A stretch of 64,000 nucleotides of DNA from the human T2T-CHM13v2.0 reference genome, Homo sapiens. The DNA lies in NCBI RefSeq assembly GCF_009914755.1, contig NC_060939.1, one strand, 5' to 3'. Under the pieces are notes generated by a model. That model saw nothing but the letters and a program-made list of their open reading frames with translations. It made no database searches and was not told the origin of the DNA. Position numbers and translations under genes: made by a program. This document shows, in pieces, positions 1-31,317 of the stretch (the first letter of the stretch is position 1; every line of letters begins with the position of its first letter).

Positions 1-519
1 TGAGGCTGCAGTGAGCCAGGATCACACCACTGCACCAGCCTGGGCTACAGAGTAAGACTCAAGAAAAAAAAAAGATGTTTAATTAATCTTGCTTCAGTGC
101 TGAGGTGGTACAGGGAGGGAGAAAGGGATATTGGGCTATGAATTCCATCTAAACTGGGGATTTTTATCAGGGTGTGAAGAAAGATTTTCAGGAATAATTA
201 TCTGAGTTACTTGGAGTAAAAGTAGCAGGAGGAGGAAAAGAGATATGGCCTGTGGGTCTCTGACTTGCCAAACTTCTTATTCATTTTACAAATCATGATT
301 TCTAGAGGATCTTAATCTTTGAGGCCCAGCTGCTTGGAAGTTGCATAATCTCTATACTTCAGTTCCCCCCTATAAAATGGGGAATATGATAGAATCTACC
401 TTGTATTTGAGAGGACTAAATAAATATAAAGTGCTTAGAAAAGTAAGGACTCAACTTCTAGTAATAATTATTTTGACATGTTTAAGTAATCAGTACTATC
501 TGGAAAACTGTGCTAATAG

Positions 520-816
<297 letters not shown>

Positions 817-1422
817 TAGGCTTGAGCCACTGCAGCCACCACTCTGTATATCTCTTTTGAAAGTCATAAGCAATATCTTTGGAAAAAACACTTAAGGTTA
901 TTTATTTAGAGGTAGTGTCTCTCTGTACCCCAGCTGGAGTACAGTGGCACAGTATCACAGCTTGCTGCAGCATCAAATTCCTAGGCTCAAGCCATCCTTC
1001 CACCGGACATGTTGGCGTGCACCTCCTGAGTAGCTGGGACTACAGTTGTGCTCTACCACACCGGGCTAATTTTTGTATTTTTTAGTAGAGACAGGGTTTT
1101 GCCATGTTAGACAGGCTGGTCTGGAACACCTGACCTCCGGTGATCTGCCCACCTCAGTCTCCCAAAGGGCTGGGATTAAAGGCATGAGCCACCGCACTCA
1201 GCCACTTAAGGCTTTTAAAAAATCAATTAATTTCTAAATGGTTTTGGACTTTTGACTCCTTATAAGTGTTAAGATATTTTGGTATCACTTTTTTCCTTCC
1301 AAAAAAAAAAAAAAAACCAACTAGGTGATATCTATTCCTCAGTCAAAGTTAATTAAAACTATTTTGGATCCCAGCACTTTGGGAAGCCAAAGGCAGGCAG
1401 ATCACCTGAGGTCAGGAGTTCA

Positions 1423-1640
<218 letters not shown>

Positions 1641-2108
1641 TCAGTTTTTGGTTTTGAAAATGTCATGATACCTGTTGAGATAACTGCTGAATAGATGGGT
1701 AATACACAGTCTAGGGCATGGTATCAAAAGAACTTGTCACTGTACATATCGGAAATGGTAAAAATATGTTTTGCTGTTTTCACGAATTCATTCATTTTTC
1801 ATGTTTCATGAATTCATTCTTTTTAAAAAAAAAAAAAGATCCTGCTAATTCTCTGTTTCTCTTGCTTTTCTCCTTTATGACTAAGTTTTCCTCATTATGG
1901 GTTACCCCACATTACTGCTTACGAAGACATCTCTTTAGTCAGAAAACAGTAGCTTGGTTCAGTTCTAGCTTCATTGTTAAGCTCATAGGTAAATCTGGCA
2001 AATGGCTAGAAACAGTCACATGTTTGCTTGTCCTTAATGCTCTCACCTTTTCCCAGCTATTTGGATGTATATACTTTTGCTTACTTTGTAGTGTACCAAC
2101 TTAATATA

Positions 2109-3371
2109 TGTTATAGACTAAATGTTTATGTCCTCCCAAACTTCATATTTTGGAAGCCAGACATGGTAACTCACACCTGTAAACCTAACACTTTGGGAGG
2201 CCTAGTTGGGAGGATTGCTTGAGTCCGGGAGTTCAGAACCAGCCTGGACAACATAGTGAGACCCCGTCTCTACAAAAAAAAAAAAATTTTTAATTAGCCA
2301 GGTGTGGTGGCATACACCTGTAGTCCCAGCTACTCAGGAGGCTTGCCTGAGCCCAGAAGTTTGAGACTGCAGTGAGCCATGATATTGCCAGCCTGGGTGA
2401 CAGAGCAAGACCTTGTCTCAAGAAAAAAAAAAAAAATTGCCAATTGCGATGGCTCACGCCTGTAATCCCAGCACTAGGAGGCCGAGGTGGGTGAATCACC
2501 TGAGGTCAGGAGTTTTGAGACCAGCCTGGCCAACGTGGCAAAACCCCGTCTCTACTAAAAATGCAAAAATTACCGGGACGTGTTGGTGAGCACCTGTAAT
2601 CCCTGCTACTCGGGAGGCTGAGGCAAGAGAATCTCTTGAACCCAGGGGGTGGAGGTTGCACTGAGCCGAGATCATGCCATTGTACTTCACCTGGGCAACA
2701 AGAGGGAAACTGTCTCCAAAAAAAAAAAATTTGGAGGGCTGGGCACGGTGGCTCACACCTGTAATCCCAGCACTTTGGGAGGCCAAGGCGGTGGATCACA
2801 AAGTCAGGAGTTCAAGACCAGCCTGGCCAACATAGTGAAACCCTGTCTCTACTAAAAATACAAAAATTAGCCAGGCATGGTGGCACACGCCTGTAGTCCC
2901 AGCTACTGGGGAGGCTGAGGCAGGAGAATTGCTTTGAACCCGGGAGGCAGAGGTTGTGAGCTGAGATCGCGTCAGTACACTCCAGCCTGGGCAACAATGC
3001 GAGATTGCATCTCAAAAAAATAAATAAATATTTGGAGTCCCATAATAAATAAATATTTGGAGTCCAATGTGATAGTATCTGGAGATGGGGCCTTTGGAGG
3101 TAATATGGGTTAGATAGGTCATGACGGTAGGGCCCTCATTATGGGATTAGTGGCGTTATAAGAAGAAGAGAGAAATCTTCCTCCTCAAGAGCAGAGGAAA
3201 AGCCATATAAGAATACAGTGAGACGGCCACTTCCAAACCAGAAAGGGAGCCCCCACCAGGAACCAAATTGGCTGGCACCTTGATCTTGGACTTCCCATGC
3301 TCCAGAACTGTGAGAAATAAATTTCTATTATTTAAGCCCATGGTAGTTTTATGGCATCCTAAGCTAAGACA
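2109..3371 (+). mobile_element. MaLR solo LTR (MLT1A/MST-like) interrupted by three Alus
   Basis: TG start tgttatagactaaatg; MaLR core ggggcctttgggaggtaat...gcaccttgatcttggacttccc...ctaagaca end. Confidence 0.8.
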
Positions 3372-4369
<998 letters not shown>

Positions 4370-4830
4370 CTGGATATTTAATGATACCAAGGAATCATTA
4401 ATTTTGTTTGGCTGTGATGTTTTATTATTAGAATGATGTTATGATTAAATTTTATTTTTGTCTGGATACAGTGGCTCACACCTGTAATCCCAGTGCTTTG
4501 GGAGGCCGAGGCAGATGGATCACTTGAGGCCAGGAGTTCCAGACCAGCCTGGCCAACACGGCGAAACCCCATCTCTACTAAAAATACAAAAAATTAGCCA
4601 GGCCTGGTGGTGCACGCTTGTAATCCCAGGTACTTGGGAGGCTAAGGCAGGAGGATCACTTGAACCCAGGGGAGGCTGCAGTGAGCTGAGATCGTGCCAC
4701 TGCACTCCAGCTTGGGCAACAGAGCAAGACTCCATCTTAAAAAGAAGAAAGAAAGAACTTCTATTTTTTAAATGTTTTTTCCTTTCATTGAACTCCATTT
4801 ATAGCCTTTCCATTCAGAGCATAAAGATTA

Positions 4831-5122
<292 letters not shown>

Positions 5123-5730
5123 TCAAAAAAATGTTTTTTTTAAACAAGAATCTCTCAGGCATACTGAAATGTTGAAGAGGAAATTATATTAATATCTGGG
5201 ACTTGTTTCCAAATTTGGAATTGGGGCAGGGTGTAAATTGTTGGCAATATCAAAGAAACGAGGAGTTGGAATGATAATTGTAGAAGCTGCATGATAGATA
5301 CACATTCTTTATACTTCTGTATATGTTGAAATTTTTTATCAAATTATAATTGTGTATAATGACTAATTATGCTTTCATTGTCTATTCTGTGTGGTTATGT
5401 TACTTGCTGAAATTAATACATAAAGAGTCTTCAACTTAAATGACTTATCAAGCATAAATATTAAAATACTGGATGTTACTACACATTTGACTCCACTTAT
5501 GCATTTATTCATCAACTATTAAATGCTTTCATGTAGATTTCTCATTTAATCTCTGCAAGGTAGGTGTTACCCCTGGTTTTACAAATGAGAAAATGTAGAT
5601 TCAAGATAAGTAATATGCAGGTCAAGAATAGCAAAATCGGTCGGGTGCGGTACCTCACGCCTGTAATCCCAACACTTTGAGAGGCCGAAGTGGGTGGATC
5701 ACCTGAGGTCAGGAGTTCAATCCCAGCCTA

Positions 5731-5979
<249 letters not shown>

Positions 5980-6002
5980 TCATGTTTTATTTCTACTGTT
6001 AC

Positions 6003-6127
6003 CATGCTGCTTCTCAGACATGCCTGACTGTTTCTTCCCGTGCTGTTTTCCTTTAGGAGTGAAAGCTTGGCACAACATGTACAATAAAATTTAGGGAAGA
6101 TTTTTGGGGTCTTTGTCCTCTTCTTTC
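6003..6127 (-). pseudogene. Exon remnant (phase 1 open: GKKRTKTPKIFPKFYCTCCAKLSLLKENSTGRNSQACLRSSM)
   Basis: Branch-like ctgac followed by gctgctttaacag|; donor atg|gtaaca, or an alternative at ~5971. Confidence 0.5.
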
Positions 6128-6266
6128 CTGTTAAAGCAGCTAGAGTCAGTAGGCAGGACCTAAGGTGTACTACACCATAAGGAAGCCATGGAACGGTGAA
6201 CTGGCAAAATTCTAGACCCAACTCATGAAATTTTGGTTCTTCAAGAATTTCTTTGACTGCTATTAC

Positions 6267-6624
6267 CTGTATTTGTGTTGATTACTGTTCAATATACTGG
6301 GTCTCATCTCACTTTCAGAACATAAACGAAGAGCTTAATCCCAACGCACTTGTCTTTGTCCTCCTTCCTGTCTGTGTTATGCATCTTCTCAATTAGAAGG
6401 CATGTCTGTACAGCTCAGCAGCTCAGGAGTAAATGCAAGGTACAAACATTCCCAACGCTGAGCAGCCACCCCAGCCATTCAGTCATTGCTTTCTCATTCT
6501 TCTCAAGGACATTCCAAGTTTGCAATATAGGGAAGCTTGAGACAACCCCTATGCCCAAACTGATTGTAATAGTGGAGCTTTATGAATTACGTATAGTATA
6601 GCAGAGGTTAACTAAATTCTCACC
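6267..6624 (-). pseudogene. Exon remnant, 358 nt
   Basis: tctcttcacacacttcag| after a 106-nt intron; donor cag|gtaata; the phase-0 frame has 4 stops in 119 codons. Confidence 0.5.
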
Positions 6625-6730
6625 CTGAAGTGTGTGAAGAGACCAGATTTTGTAAGCACTTGTGGTTAGAGACCCAAGAAAGGATCCACCTATTGAGGTC
6701 TTAACATGGGTTCTATGTATTTATACTCAC

Positions 6731-6906
6731 TTAATTCCTTCTAACTTGCCCCCACCTCAGAAAAAAAGACACCATACTTAGGCAAATCTAGACCCAACTA
6801 TGCTTAAAGCAGTCCTTTGCTGACTAGCCCATAGAGTTGCTTATATGAGATAGACTTGCAGCTGTATGGTACACTTTCCCTGCCTCTAGCTTTCTGCATC
6901 TCCAGG
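6731..6906 (-). pseudogene. Exon remnant, 176 nt; frame ambiguous
   Basis: Strong acceptor taattctctctag| and consensus donor aa|gtgagt. Confidence 0.55.
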
Positions 6907-7549
6907 CTAGAGAGAATTAATGACAACAAAAGTACAGACTCCAGTTTTACCCACAGAGATACCCTTTGACCAGACAAAAACACAGGATCGGCCTTGAGTG
7001 GTGGCTCATGCCTGTAATCCCAGCACTTTGGGAGGCTGAGGCAGGCGGATCACGAGGTCAGGAGTTAAAGACCAGCCTGGCCAACAGCGTGGAACCCCGT
7101 CTCTACTAAAAATACAAAAATTAGCTGGGCATGGTGGCGTGTGCCTGTAATCGCAGCTACTCGGGAGGCTGAGGCAGAATTGAACTGGGACCTGGGAGGC
7201 GAAGGTTGCAGTGAGCTGAGATTGCACCACTGCACTCCAGCCTCGGCTACAGAGCGAGACTCCATCTAGAAAAAAAAAAATCACTGAAGAAGCTATACTA
7301 TTATTGATTCTGACTCAAATCAGAGGTCATTGAAAAAATTGATCAAATCAACTATGTAAAAATCAAAAACAGGCAGGGCACGGTGGCTCACGCCTGTAAT
7401 CCCAGCACTTCGGGAGGCCGAGGTGGGCCGGATCATGAGATCAAGAGATTGAGACCATCCTGGCCAACACGGTGAAACCCCATCTCTACTAAAAATACAA
7501 AAAAAATTTGCTGGGTGTGGTGGTGTGCGCCTGTAGTCCCAGCTACTCA

Positions 7550-7798
<249 letters not shown>

Positions 7799-7854
7799 TT
7801 AATGATAGATTAAATTTAAAAAGGAAGGTGCAGAAAGTGTATATATTGTGCTAC

Positions 7855-7962
7855 CTTTGAATAAAAGAAGAAGATTACTGATAATCAAGGCTAGTGTTAG
7901 GTACACTGAAACTTTTGGCCTGCCTGCTGTTAATAACCCATGGATTCCCTTCTATCCTGCCT
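7855..7962 (-). pseudogene. Exon remnant, 108 nt (3n); frame ambiguous
   Basis: gatttcattgcag| ... aag|gtagca; one stop in each of two frames. Confidence 0.55.
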
Positions 7963-8381
7963 CTGCAATGAAATCACTCTGGGTTTTCCAGGGCCTTTTA
8001 GAAAAGACTCGACCCTGGCACCCTGTCTCCTATTCCCACCAACAGACTGCTATGCAAGACTCAGTGTCTTAAAGGCAGGAGCCGTTAGTTTCTTTGCATT
8101 CCTCACACCTGCCACAGTCCCCAGAATACTTCATGTTACTTAGCTGAACTGAATAGAACATATCTAGGGCCCAGTATACTTAAGATCCAAATGTGTCCCC
8201 TCCAATGTGTATTCTGTTAGAGTGAGTTTCTGTTGATTTCCAATCTGTTTTAAAGTTTCTGATACCCAGCTACAAATCCTGTAGCTCCCATTCCCTTTCC
8301 CCACAATCATAACTGCTATCTTTTCTCCATCCCTTCTGGAAATGTACATTAACCCTAGCTTTTTTGGGAAGCAGGCATTAC

Positions 8382-8519
8382 CCTGGTGCTCAAGATAAAA
8401 CTTGGCAAGTTGATTTTTGTTCCTTAAGGATTTCCTCAATACATATTTGGTGCAAGCTTGACCCTTTGTTCTGGCAGGTTATGATTCAAGGTTTCTCCAG
8501 TGTTTTCTCCAGAAACGTT
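8382..8519 (-). pseudogene. Exon remnant, 138 nt (3n); frame ambiguous
   Basis: cacactcag| ... gg|gtaatg. Phase 1 reads RFWRKHWRNLES*PARTKGQACTKYVLRKSLRNKNQLAKFYLEHQ; phase 2 reads TFLEKTLEKP*IITCQNKGSSLHQICIEEILKEQKSTCQVLS*AP. Confidence 0.55.
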
Positions 8520-9478
8520 CTGAGTGTGTTGCATGACAAGGTGGAAAAGAGCTTATGTTTTAAACTCACACATAATTGCTTTCAAGTTTGATTCTGTCAC
8601 TCGTCAGCTCTATGATATTGAATAAGTCACTAAAGCACTCTGAGCATCATTTTCCTTATCTATAAATTTAGGATAATAGTGCTCATCTAATAATGTTGTT
8701 GTGGGGAGTTGGAGATAATGTATGTGAAAATCCCTGGCATAAAGTAACTGCTCTAAATGCATCCCCCTTCTTCTCCACAAAGTGATTTATGAATTGATGA
8801 AGAAACAAATGAATAGCTTTCCCAGGCAGCAATGCTTACCTTATTTGTAGAAACCTGTATTACAAGTTTCTGGCTGGGCACAGTGGCCCACAGCTGTAAT
8901 CCCAGAACTTTGGGAGGCCAAGGCGGGCAGATCACGAGGTCAGGAGATCGAGACCATCCTGGCTAACACGGTGAAACCCCGTCTCTACTAAAAATACAAA
9001 AAAATTAGCTGGGCATGATGGCGGGCGCCTATAGTCCCAGCTACTCGGCTGAGGCAGGAGAATGGCGTGAACCCAGGAGGCAGAGCTTGCAGTGAGCCGA
9101 ATTCGCGCCACTGCACTCCAGCCTGGGTGACAGAGTGAGACTCCATCTCTGAAAAAAAAAAAAAGAAAGAAACCTGTATTAAAAGTTTCTGAATACAGGG
9201 GCAAACTAGGTCTCTTAGTAGTTTGCCTTGGCCTATACTACTGAAGTGATAGGTCCCTCCCTATCACTTTAGTTTTTGAATTTTGTGCTCTTGAGGGATG
9301 TCCGTATGTCCTGATCAAAGTCAAATCTAGGTGTGACAATGATGTAGGGAGCCTATATAGTAAGGGCCCTCTTACTAGCCTCCTTGAGGCTGTCAGATGG
9401 TAAGGCAAAGTCTCTGGCCTTTAGGGGATAACCATCCATCAGGGTACATAAATAACAATTACATATGGTAGAAAATGA

Positions 9479-10048
<570 letters not shown>

Positions 10049-10459
10049 TAGCTGGGATTACAGGCACCCACCAGCACGCCTGGCTAATTTTTTGTATTTT
10101 TAGTAGAGACGGAGTTTCACCATGTTGGCCACGCTGGTCTCAAACTCCCGACCTCAGGTGATCCACCTTCCTTGGCCTCCCAAAGTGCTGGGATTAAGGC
10201 GTGAGCCACCATGCCCAGTCTATCATGGATGTTTCTGGGCAAGGTGTTATGCTGGACATTAGGGATGCAGAGATTAAAATTATCTTCTGGGCCAGGCACT
10301 GTGGCTCACGCCTATAATCCAGCACTTTGGGAGGCCAAGGTGGGCGGATCACCTGAGGTTAGGAGCTGGAGACCAGCCTGACCAACATGGAGAAACCCCA
10401 TCTCTACTAAAAATACAAAATTAGCTGGGCATAGTGGCACATGCCTGTAATCCCAGCTA

Positions 10460-10714
<255 letters not shown>

Positions 10715-10857
10715 TCAAGTGATCCTCCTGCCTCAGCCTCCTAAGTAGCTGGGACTACAGGTGTGTGCCACCACACCCAGCTAATTTTTTAATTTTTTGT
10801 AGGGATGGAGTCTTACTGTATTGCCCAGGCTAGTCTTGAACTCGTGGGCTCAACTGA

Positions 10858-11330
<473 letters not shown>

Positions 11331-12573
11331 TGATCCTCCTGCCTGAGCCTTCTGAGTAACTGGGACTACAGCCATGAGCCACCATGCCCGGTTTTTACTC
11401 TTTTGAGAAGCTGAGAGATTAGTAGGGAGACAGTTACAGAAAAAAATAATTACAGTATAACATGGTAGGAATTGTTTTTATAATAGTATGTCAATGTGCT
11501 TTGGAAGCAGAAATCAAGAGTGATTAAGTTTACAAACATTGTAGAGAAGAAATTATGTTTGAGTCTTGCAGGATAAAGAGGAGTCTACCAGATAGAGAAG
11601 ACAGGAAAAGGTATTAAGTAGTCAGCCTTTGTAGTCAGCCTTTTATCTTGAAAATTCGGAAGAATTTAGATATTCGCAAGTGGCGGGGGGATCTATGAAG
11701 AGGGAACTGCATAATAAAGGTGGGGAAATTATAATAAAGCATGAAGTGAAGTGGTTCTTACTCCAGTATGTGTAAGTAAAAAGAATTCATGAATTGGGTC
11801 CAGTTTGTGTTGGGACTAAAGACAATGGGGAAAAAAAAATTAAAGATCTTCATAATAGGACATGATAAGATTAGAACTTTGAATTTAGAAGATTAAGTTT
11901 GTAGTCTTGTTCAGGATAGGTTGGATTAGGACACACCAGGAACAAGAAGGGCAATTAAGAGATCATTAAAATAGCTACAAAGTAAGAGGTAATGAGATGA
12001 TACAGAATATGGCAGGAGGAATGGAAGGGAAGGGCCAAATGGAAGAAACGTCGCAGGCAGGTATGTATTGTTTTTGGCAACCTGAGTGTCTGGGAGGATG
12101 GTGTACCATTAACAAGTAAGAAACATAAGAGATAAGGCTTGGGGGAAGTGAAAAAAATTCAGTTTGGACACACTAATTCTGAGAGTCTTCAAGAGAGCAG
12201 TTTCTGTAGATTGGTAAGACAATTGACAAGATGGGTTAAGTGGCTAAGAAGTGGGAAGTGAGAAAGTGGAGAGCAAATATGACTACTCTGTTCTGACCTT
12301 TGACAATGAGAAAAACAGTGGAGGGTTTTAACTGTTGGATAAATTGGGGAGATTGAGCTTGTTTCAGGTTGAAAGGGAAAATGGAGAAAACTGAAGGTGA
12401 AGGAAAGGATAAGTGACAGAGCAAGGTCATAGTATCAGAGGTATTGGTGGAGCAGTTACCCTTGGAAAGATATTTCTATGACAAGAACTTTCAGAAATAG
12501 GAGGTAAAGAATCTCAGATTCTACTTTAAATGATCTCACTGCATTTTTTTCTTTCCTGTGTGGAAAATCTCAC

Positions 12574-12787
12574 CCTGTTTTATTTTATTTTATTTTCTAG
12601 TCCCTTGGCAATCAAACCAATTTCTGACTGGCTTGCAACATGGCCTACTTAGTAAGGGACACTTTGCTGAAAAGTAGAGTGGGAGTTGTGTAACTGCATT
12701 TCCTAGTGTTCCTGCTGCAGAGAGCTGCTCGTTCAACTACTTCAGATTTGAGATCACAATACTCTGTGACTGGTTCTTTAAAAATCA
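12574..12787 (-). pseudogene. Exon remnant IFKEPVTEYCDLKSEVVERAAL/QQEH*EMQLHNSHSTFQQSVPY*VGHVASQSEIGLIAKGLENKIK
   Basis: aaacag| ... cagg|gtgaga; inferred frameshift in a CT run; AAAAT repeat near the donor blurs the end phase. Confidence 0.5.
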
Positions 12788-12839
12788 CTGTTTAATTTGG
12801 ATAGATGTTGATTTTTACAACTCTAACTCAGACATTTTT

Positions 12840-15290
<2,451 letters not shown>

Positions 15291-15420
15291 TTTTTTTTAA
15301 GTCGGAGGTCTCAAATCTGCCATTATTCTCATAATAGGTTTGAATCAAAACTGTAATTTGTCATTTTTCCTCTGATTTATCTATTTATTAAAATTATCCA
15401 TGCTTCACATTAGTTTCTTC

Positions 15421-15886
15421 CTTCGAAAGCTCTAAGTGCCCAGTTGTCCACATCTTGAAATGTTCTAATCATTTCCACAGAACAGAATATTACACTAAGT
15501 TCTGGGCTCTGTGGACCCTCTAGTTGTTATAGAATATAGCTTATCTCCCTTAAAATACACAACACTAATGAAGTTGCTCAAATAACCACATGGATAATAA
15601 CATCCATTTAGTTTGGAGTCCACAACCATAAACAAAGTCTAGCACAACTACAACTATGGATATCCTCAGTTTGGTAGTGCCTTGGTGACTCTTGTTGCCA
15701 CATTCTAGTCTTCTAGTCTCCTTGAGAACATTTGGATGTTAACATCATGTTCAGGAGGAAATAATGTTAATGGAGGGGGACGGATGTCAGGAATTCCTTG
15801 GTTTTGGCAGCTTCATTATTCATAAGTTATTCACCATTCAGGAGAGGTGACTATACAAAAATGTCTTCAATACAGTAATCTAAATG
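15421..15886 (-). pseudogene. Large exon remnant HLDYCIEDIFV*SPLLNGE/...SCQNQGIPDIRPPPLTLFPPEHDVNIQMFSRRLED...
   Basis: Strong acceptor tttctttttctctag|; phase-0 start matches 37128; frame and donor ambiguous in the distal half. Confidence 0.5.
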
Positions 15887-16029
15887 CTAGAGAAAAAGAA
15901 ATGAACTAAGTTTTTTTTTAAATTTTTTTTTTACAGGCAGTCCCTGAAATTAAATAGGTCTAGAGAGACTCCCTGCACTAAGCTTTAAAAGTAAAACTAG
16001 GCTTAATATTAGAGATTCCTGATATTTAA

Positions 16030-16287
<258 letters not shown>

Positions 16288-16514
16288 TAAATAATGTTCC
16301 AATTTGTAATCCAAGAACATGATGTGTCTTTCCATTTATTCTCCTGGTTTTTAATGGAAAGTTTTGAAGATGTCTCCTTTAGCCCCTGCCCATTTCTTAT
16401 TTGGTTAATTAATTTCTAAATAAACATAAGTGGACTTTAAGACTCCTGGGACTCAGGGGTTCCAAAGGAACCCACGTGATCTTTTTCTTCTTTAAGCTGT
16501 ACATCTAATATAAT

Positions 16515-17280
<766 letters not shown>

Positions 17281-17401
17281 GGCCAGGCATAGTGGCTCAT
17301 GCCTGTAATCCCAGCATTTTGGGAGGCTGAGGGGGGCAGATTGCTTGAGGTCAGGAGTTCAAGACCAGCCTGGCCAATATGATGAAACCCTGTCTCTACT
17401 A

Positions 17402-17560
<159 letters not shown>

Positions 17561-17735
17561 TCAGTCTCAAAAAAAGTAAAACATAAAAAAATAAAAGAAC
17601 ACAGAAGTCTGTGTGTGGTGGCTCACACCTGTAATCCCAGCATTTTGAGAGGCTGAGGCAGGAGGATAGCTTGAGCCAGATGTTCAAGACCAGCCTGGGC
17701 AAGATAGCAAGACCCGTCTCTGCAAAAGAGTTTTA

Positions 17736-17891
<156 letters not shown>

Positions 17892-17935
17892 CTATAACAA
17901 ATAACAACAAAAACAAAAACAAAATAACAGGGTCA

Positions 17936-21268
<3,333 letters not shown>

Positions 21269-21469
21269 GTAGGACCCTAAAGGGATTTTGTTTATGTAGT
21301 TTAAATCTATAGATACAGTTTTAAGCTTATGGCAAAATTGAGAGGAAAGTATAGAGATATCCCATTGCTGTGGTTTGAACATGTCCCCATAGTTTATGTG
21401 GCTCCCCAGTTTTTTTTGTTTTGGAAATTAAAGCTTTTTTTAATAAAAATATATTACTTATGTTAACAT

Positions 21470-26370
<4,901 letters not shown>

Positions 26371-26539
26371 AAAAAAAAAATTGGCAGAAGACTGACATTG
26401 TTTTACATTTTTACAAATCTCTTCAATGTTTGGCTTAATAGAAAACAGATGGACTCTCATCTGCTTCTGCATTCGATTTGCTAGTACAGCCTCTGGAAAA
26501 TTCCACTGTACATTTGTTTTGTTTTGTTTTGTTTTGTGA

Positions 26540-26641
<102 letters not shown>

Positions 26642-27129
26642 TGAGTAGCTGGAATTACAGGTGCCCGCCACTACGCCCGACTAATTTTTGTATTTTTAGT
26701 AGAGACAAGGTTTCACTATGTTGTCCAGGCTGGTCTCAAAGTCCTGACCTCAAGTGATCTGCCCGCCTTGGCCTCCCAAAGTGCTGGGATTACAGGCTTC
26801 AGCCACCATACCCGGCCTTTTTTTTTTTTTTTTTTGAGACAGATTCTCGCTTTGTCACCCAGCTGGAGTGCTGTGGTGTGATCTCAGCTCACTACAACCT
26901 TCAGCCCACTACAACCTCTGCCTCCCAGGTTCAAGCAATTCTCCTGCCTCAGCCTCCCAAGTAGCTGGGATTACAGGCGCCCGCCACCACACCTGTATTT
27001 TTAGTAGAGATAGGGTTTCACCATGTTGGCCAGACTGGTCCTCAAATTCCTGACCTCAGGTGATCCACCCGACTCAGCCTCCCAAAGTGCTGGGATTACA
27101 GGCATGAGTCACCGTGTCTGGCCTCTAAA

Positions 27130-27285
27130 GATTTTTAATAAACTTCCACTCCTGGTCTGAAACTTGCCTTGGTCTCTTTTCTGCCTTATGCCCCTCAGTC
27201 AAATTCTTCTCTCTGAGGAGGGAAGAATTGAGATTGCTGCATATGGATTTGCCACTGGTATCTCAGATACCTTCTACCTGTAACA
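27130..27285 (+). mobile_element. ERV1 LTR 3' fragment (MER39-like)
   Basis: aataaacttccactcc...gcccctcagtcaaattcttctctctgaggag...ctgtaaca. Confidence 0.5.
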
Positions 27286-27613
27286 GTCCCAGTGACTCGT
27301 GAAGATTGCTTGAGCATAGGAGTTCGAGGCCAGCCTGGACAGCATAGCAGGATTCCATCTCTAAAAAAAAAAAAAAAAGTAATTGTAGACACACTGTATA
27401 CTTTGAATGTATTTGCATAAAAATATAAATAAATAAATAAATGTAGGGAATTTAAAAATTAAGTGTGTTTTAAAAGTTACTTTTCTAGGATATTGAAAAT
27501 TAGTAAAACAAAAGGCAAAATACAAATTATAAGAAATAAAAACTTCAATCAAACTTATTTGAATAAAGTTGAAAATTTTAATGTCTTGAAAATGTAAATC
27601 TTGTGAAAAATAA

Positions 27614-27931
<318 letters not shown>

Positions 27932-28067
27932 TAGTAGACACGGGGTTTCACTGTGTTAGCCAGGATGGTTTCGATCTCCTGACCTCGTGATCCTCCCGCC
28001 TCGGCCTCCCAAAGTGCTGGGATTACAGGTGTAAGCCACCAGGCCCAGCCCACAATATATTTTTTTA

Positions 28068-28428
<361 letters not shown>

Positions 28429-28469
28429 TCATTTTGGGGATTCAAAATATCAAAACTATCCTCTTAATA

Positions 28470-28900
28470 TAGGTTGAGTATCTCTTATTCAAAATGTTTA
28501 GGACCAGCCGGGCGCCTGTAATCTCAGCACTTTGGGAGGCCAAGGCAGGCGGATCACTTGAGGTCAGGAGTTCAAGACCAGCCTGGCCAACATGGTGAAA
28601 CCCCACCTCTACTAAAAATACAAAAAATTAGCTGGGCATGGCAGCGGGCACCTGTAATCCCAGCTACTCCAGGAGGCTGAGGCAGGAGAATCGCTTGAAC
28701 CCAGAGGCAGAGGTTTCAGTGAGCTGAGATTGCACCATTGCATGCCAGCCTGGGCAACAAGAGCAAAACCCCATCTCAAAAGAAAAAAAATTGTTTAGGA
28801 CCAGAAGTGTTTCAGATTTCAAATATTTTTGGATTTTGGAATATTTGTATTACTAATTGAGCTTCCAAATCTGAAAATATGAAATTCTCCAATGAGCATT
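28470..28900. mobile_element. Tigger-family MITE fragment (MER46-like) split by an Alu
   Basis: aggttgagtatctcttattcaaaatg...ggaccagaagtgtttcagattt. Confidence 0.55.
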
Positions 28901-29005
28901 TCTTTTTTAAAATTTTAAAAATAGGGTCGGGCACGGTGGCTCATGCCTGTAATCCCAGCATTTTGGGAGGCCGAGGTGGGTGGATCACCTGAGGACAGGG
29001 GTTCA

Positions 29006-29179
<174 letters not shown>

Positions 29180-29194
29180 TCAAAAAAAAGCAAA

Positions 29195-30099
<905 letters not shown>

Positions 30100-30561
30100 T
30101 AATTTTTTTTGTATTTTTAGCAGAGATGGGGTTTCACCGTGTTAGCCAGGATGGTCTTGATCTCCTGACCTCATGATCCTCCCACCTCGGCCTCACAAAG
30201 TGCTGGGATTACAGGCGTGAGCCACTGCGCCCGGCCTACATTCCGATTTTAAATCCTGTATCATGACCCTCAAGAAAACACAAATTATAATTTTTGTAAA
30301 AAATCTTGATGATAACAATATGCTTAATGACTTTGCTGAAACGCAAATAAAATGAATTTAATGAAGTAAATATAAAATAATTTTATAATCGTATAGGCCT
30401 CCATTTTTATACCAATTCAGACTTTAATGGACTATCAACCAAACACTCAGACATACATGATGGTAATTAAATTCACTTGGTATTTTGCCAAGTTTCAGTT
30501 GTATAAATACCATGGCATAACACTCATTTTTTTAGGATTTTTTTTTTTTTTTTGGAAATAG

Positions 30562-30720
<159 letters not shown>

Positions 30721-30966
30721 TAGAGATTGGGTTTCTCCATGTTGGTCAGGCTGGTCTCGAACTCCTGACCTTAGGTGATCCACCCACCTCGGTCTCCCAA
30801 AGTGCTAGGATCACAGGCGTGAGCCATTGTGCCCGACTTTTTTTTTTTTTTTAATTATGAAAGTGTATTTATAAATGCAGGAAGATAGAACATATTTTTT
30901 GTAGGCGGGGCGCGGTGGTTCACGCCTGTAATCCCAGCACTTTGAGAGGCTGAGGCAGGCGGATCA

Positions 30967-31317
<351 letters not shown>

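Noticed and set aside
1718-2104. 128-aa + strand ORF
   Set aside because: Runs through a poly-A tract, has biased composition and no splice or domain support; the minus strand fits the exon chain better.
3019-3065. 22-bp near-tandem duplication aataaataaatatttggagtcc
   Set aside because: Local slippage at an Alu tail; only two copies and no spacers, so not an array.
12585-12610. Strong-looking + strand acceptor ttttattttctag
   Set aside because: The T-rich tract is an (ATTTT)n repeat, no partner donor was found, and it overlaps a minus-strand exon candidate.
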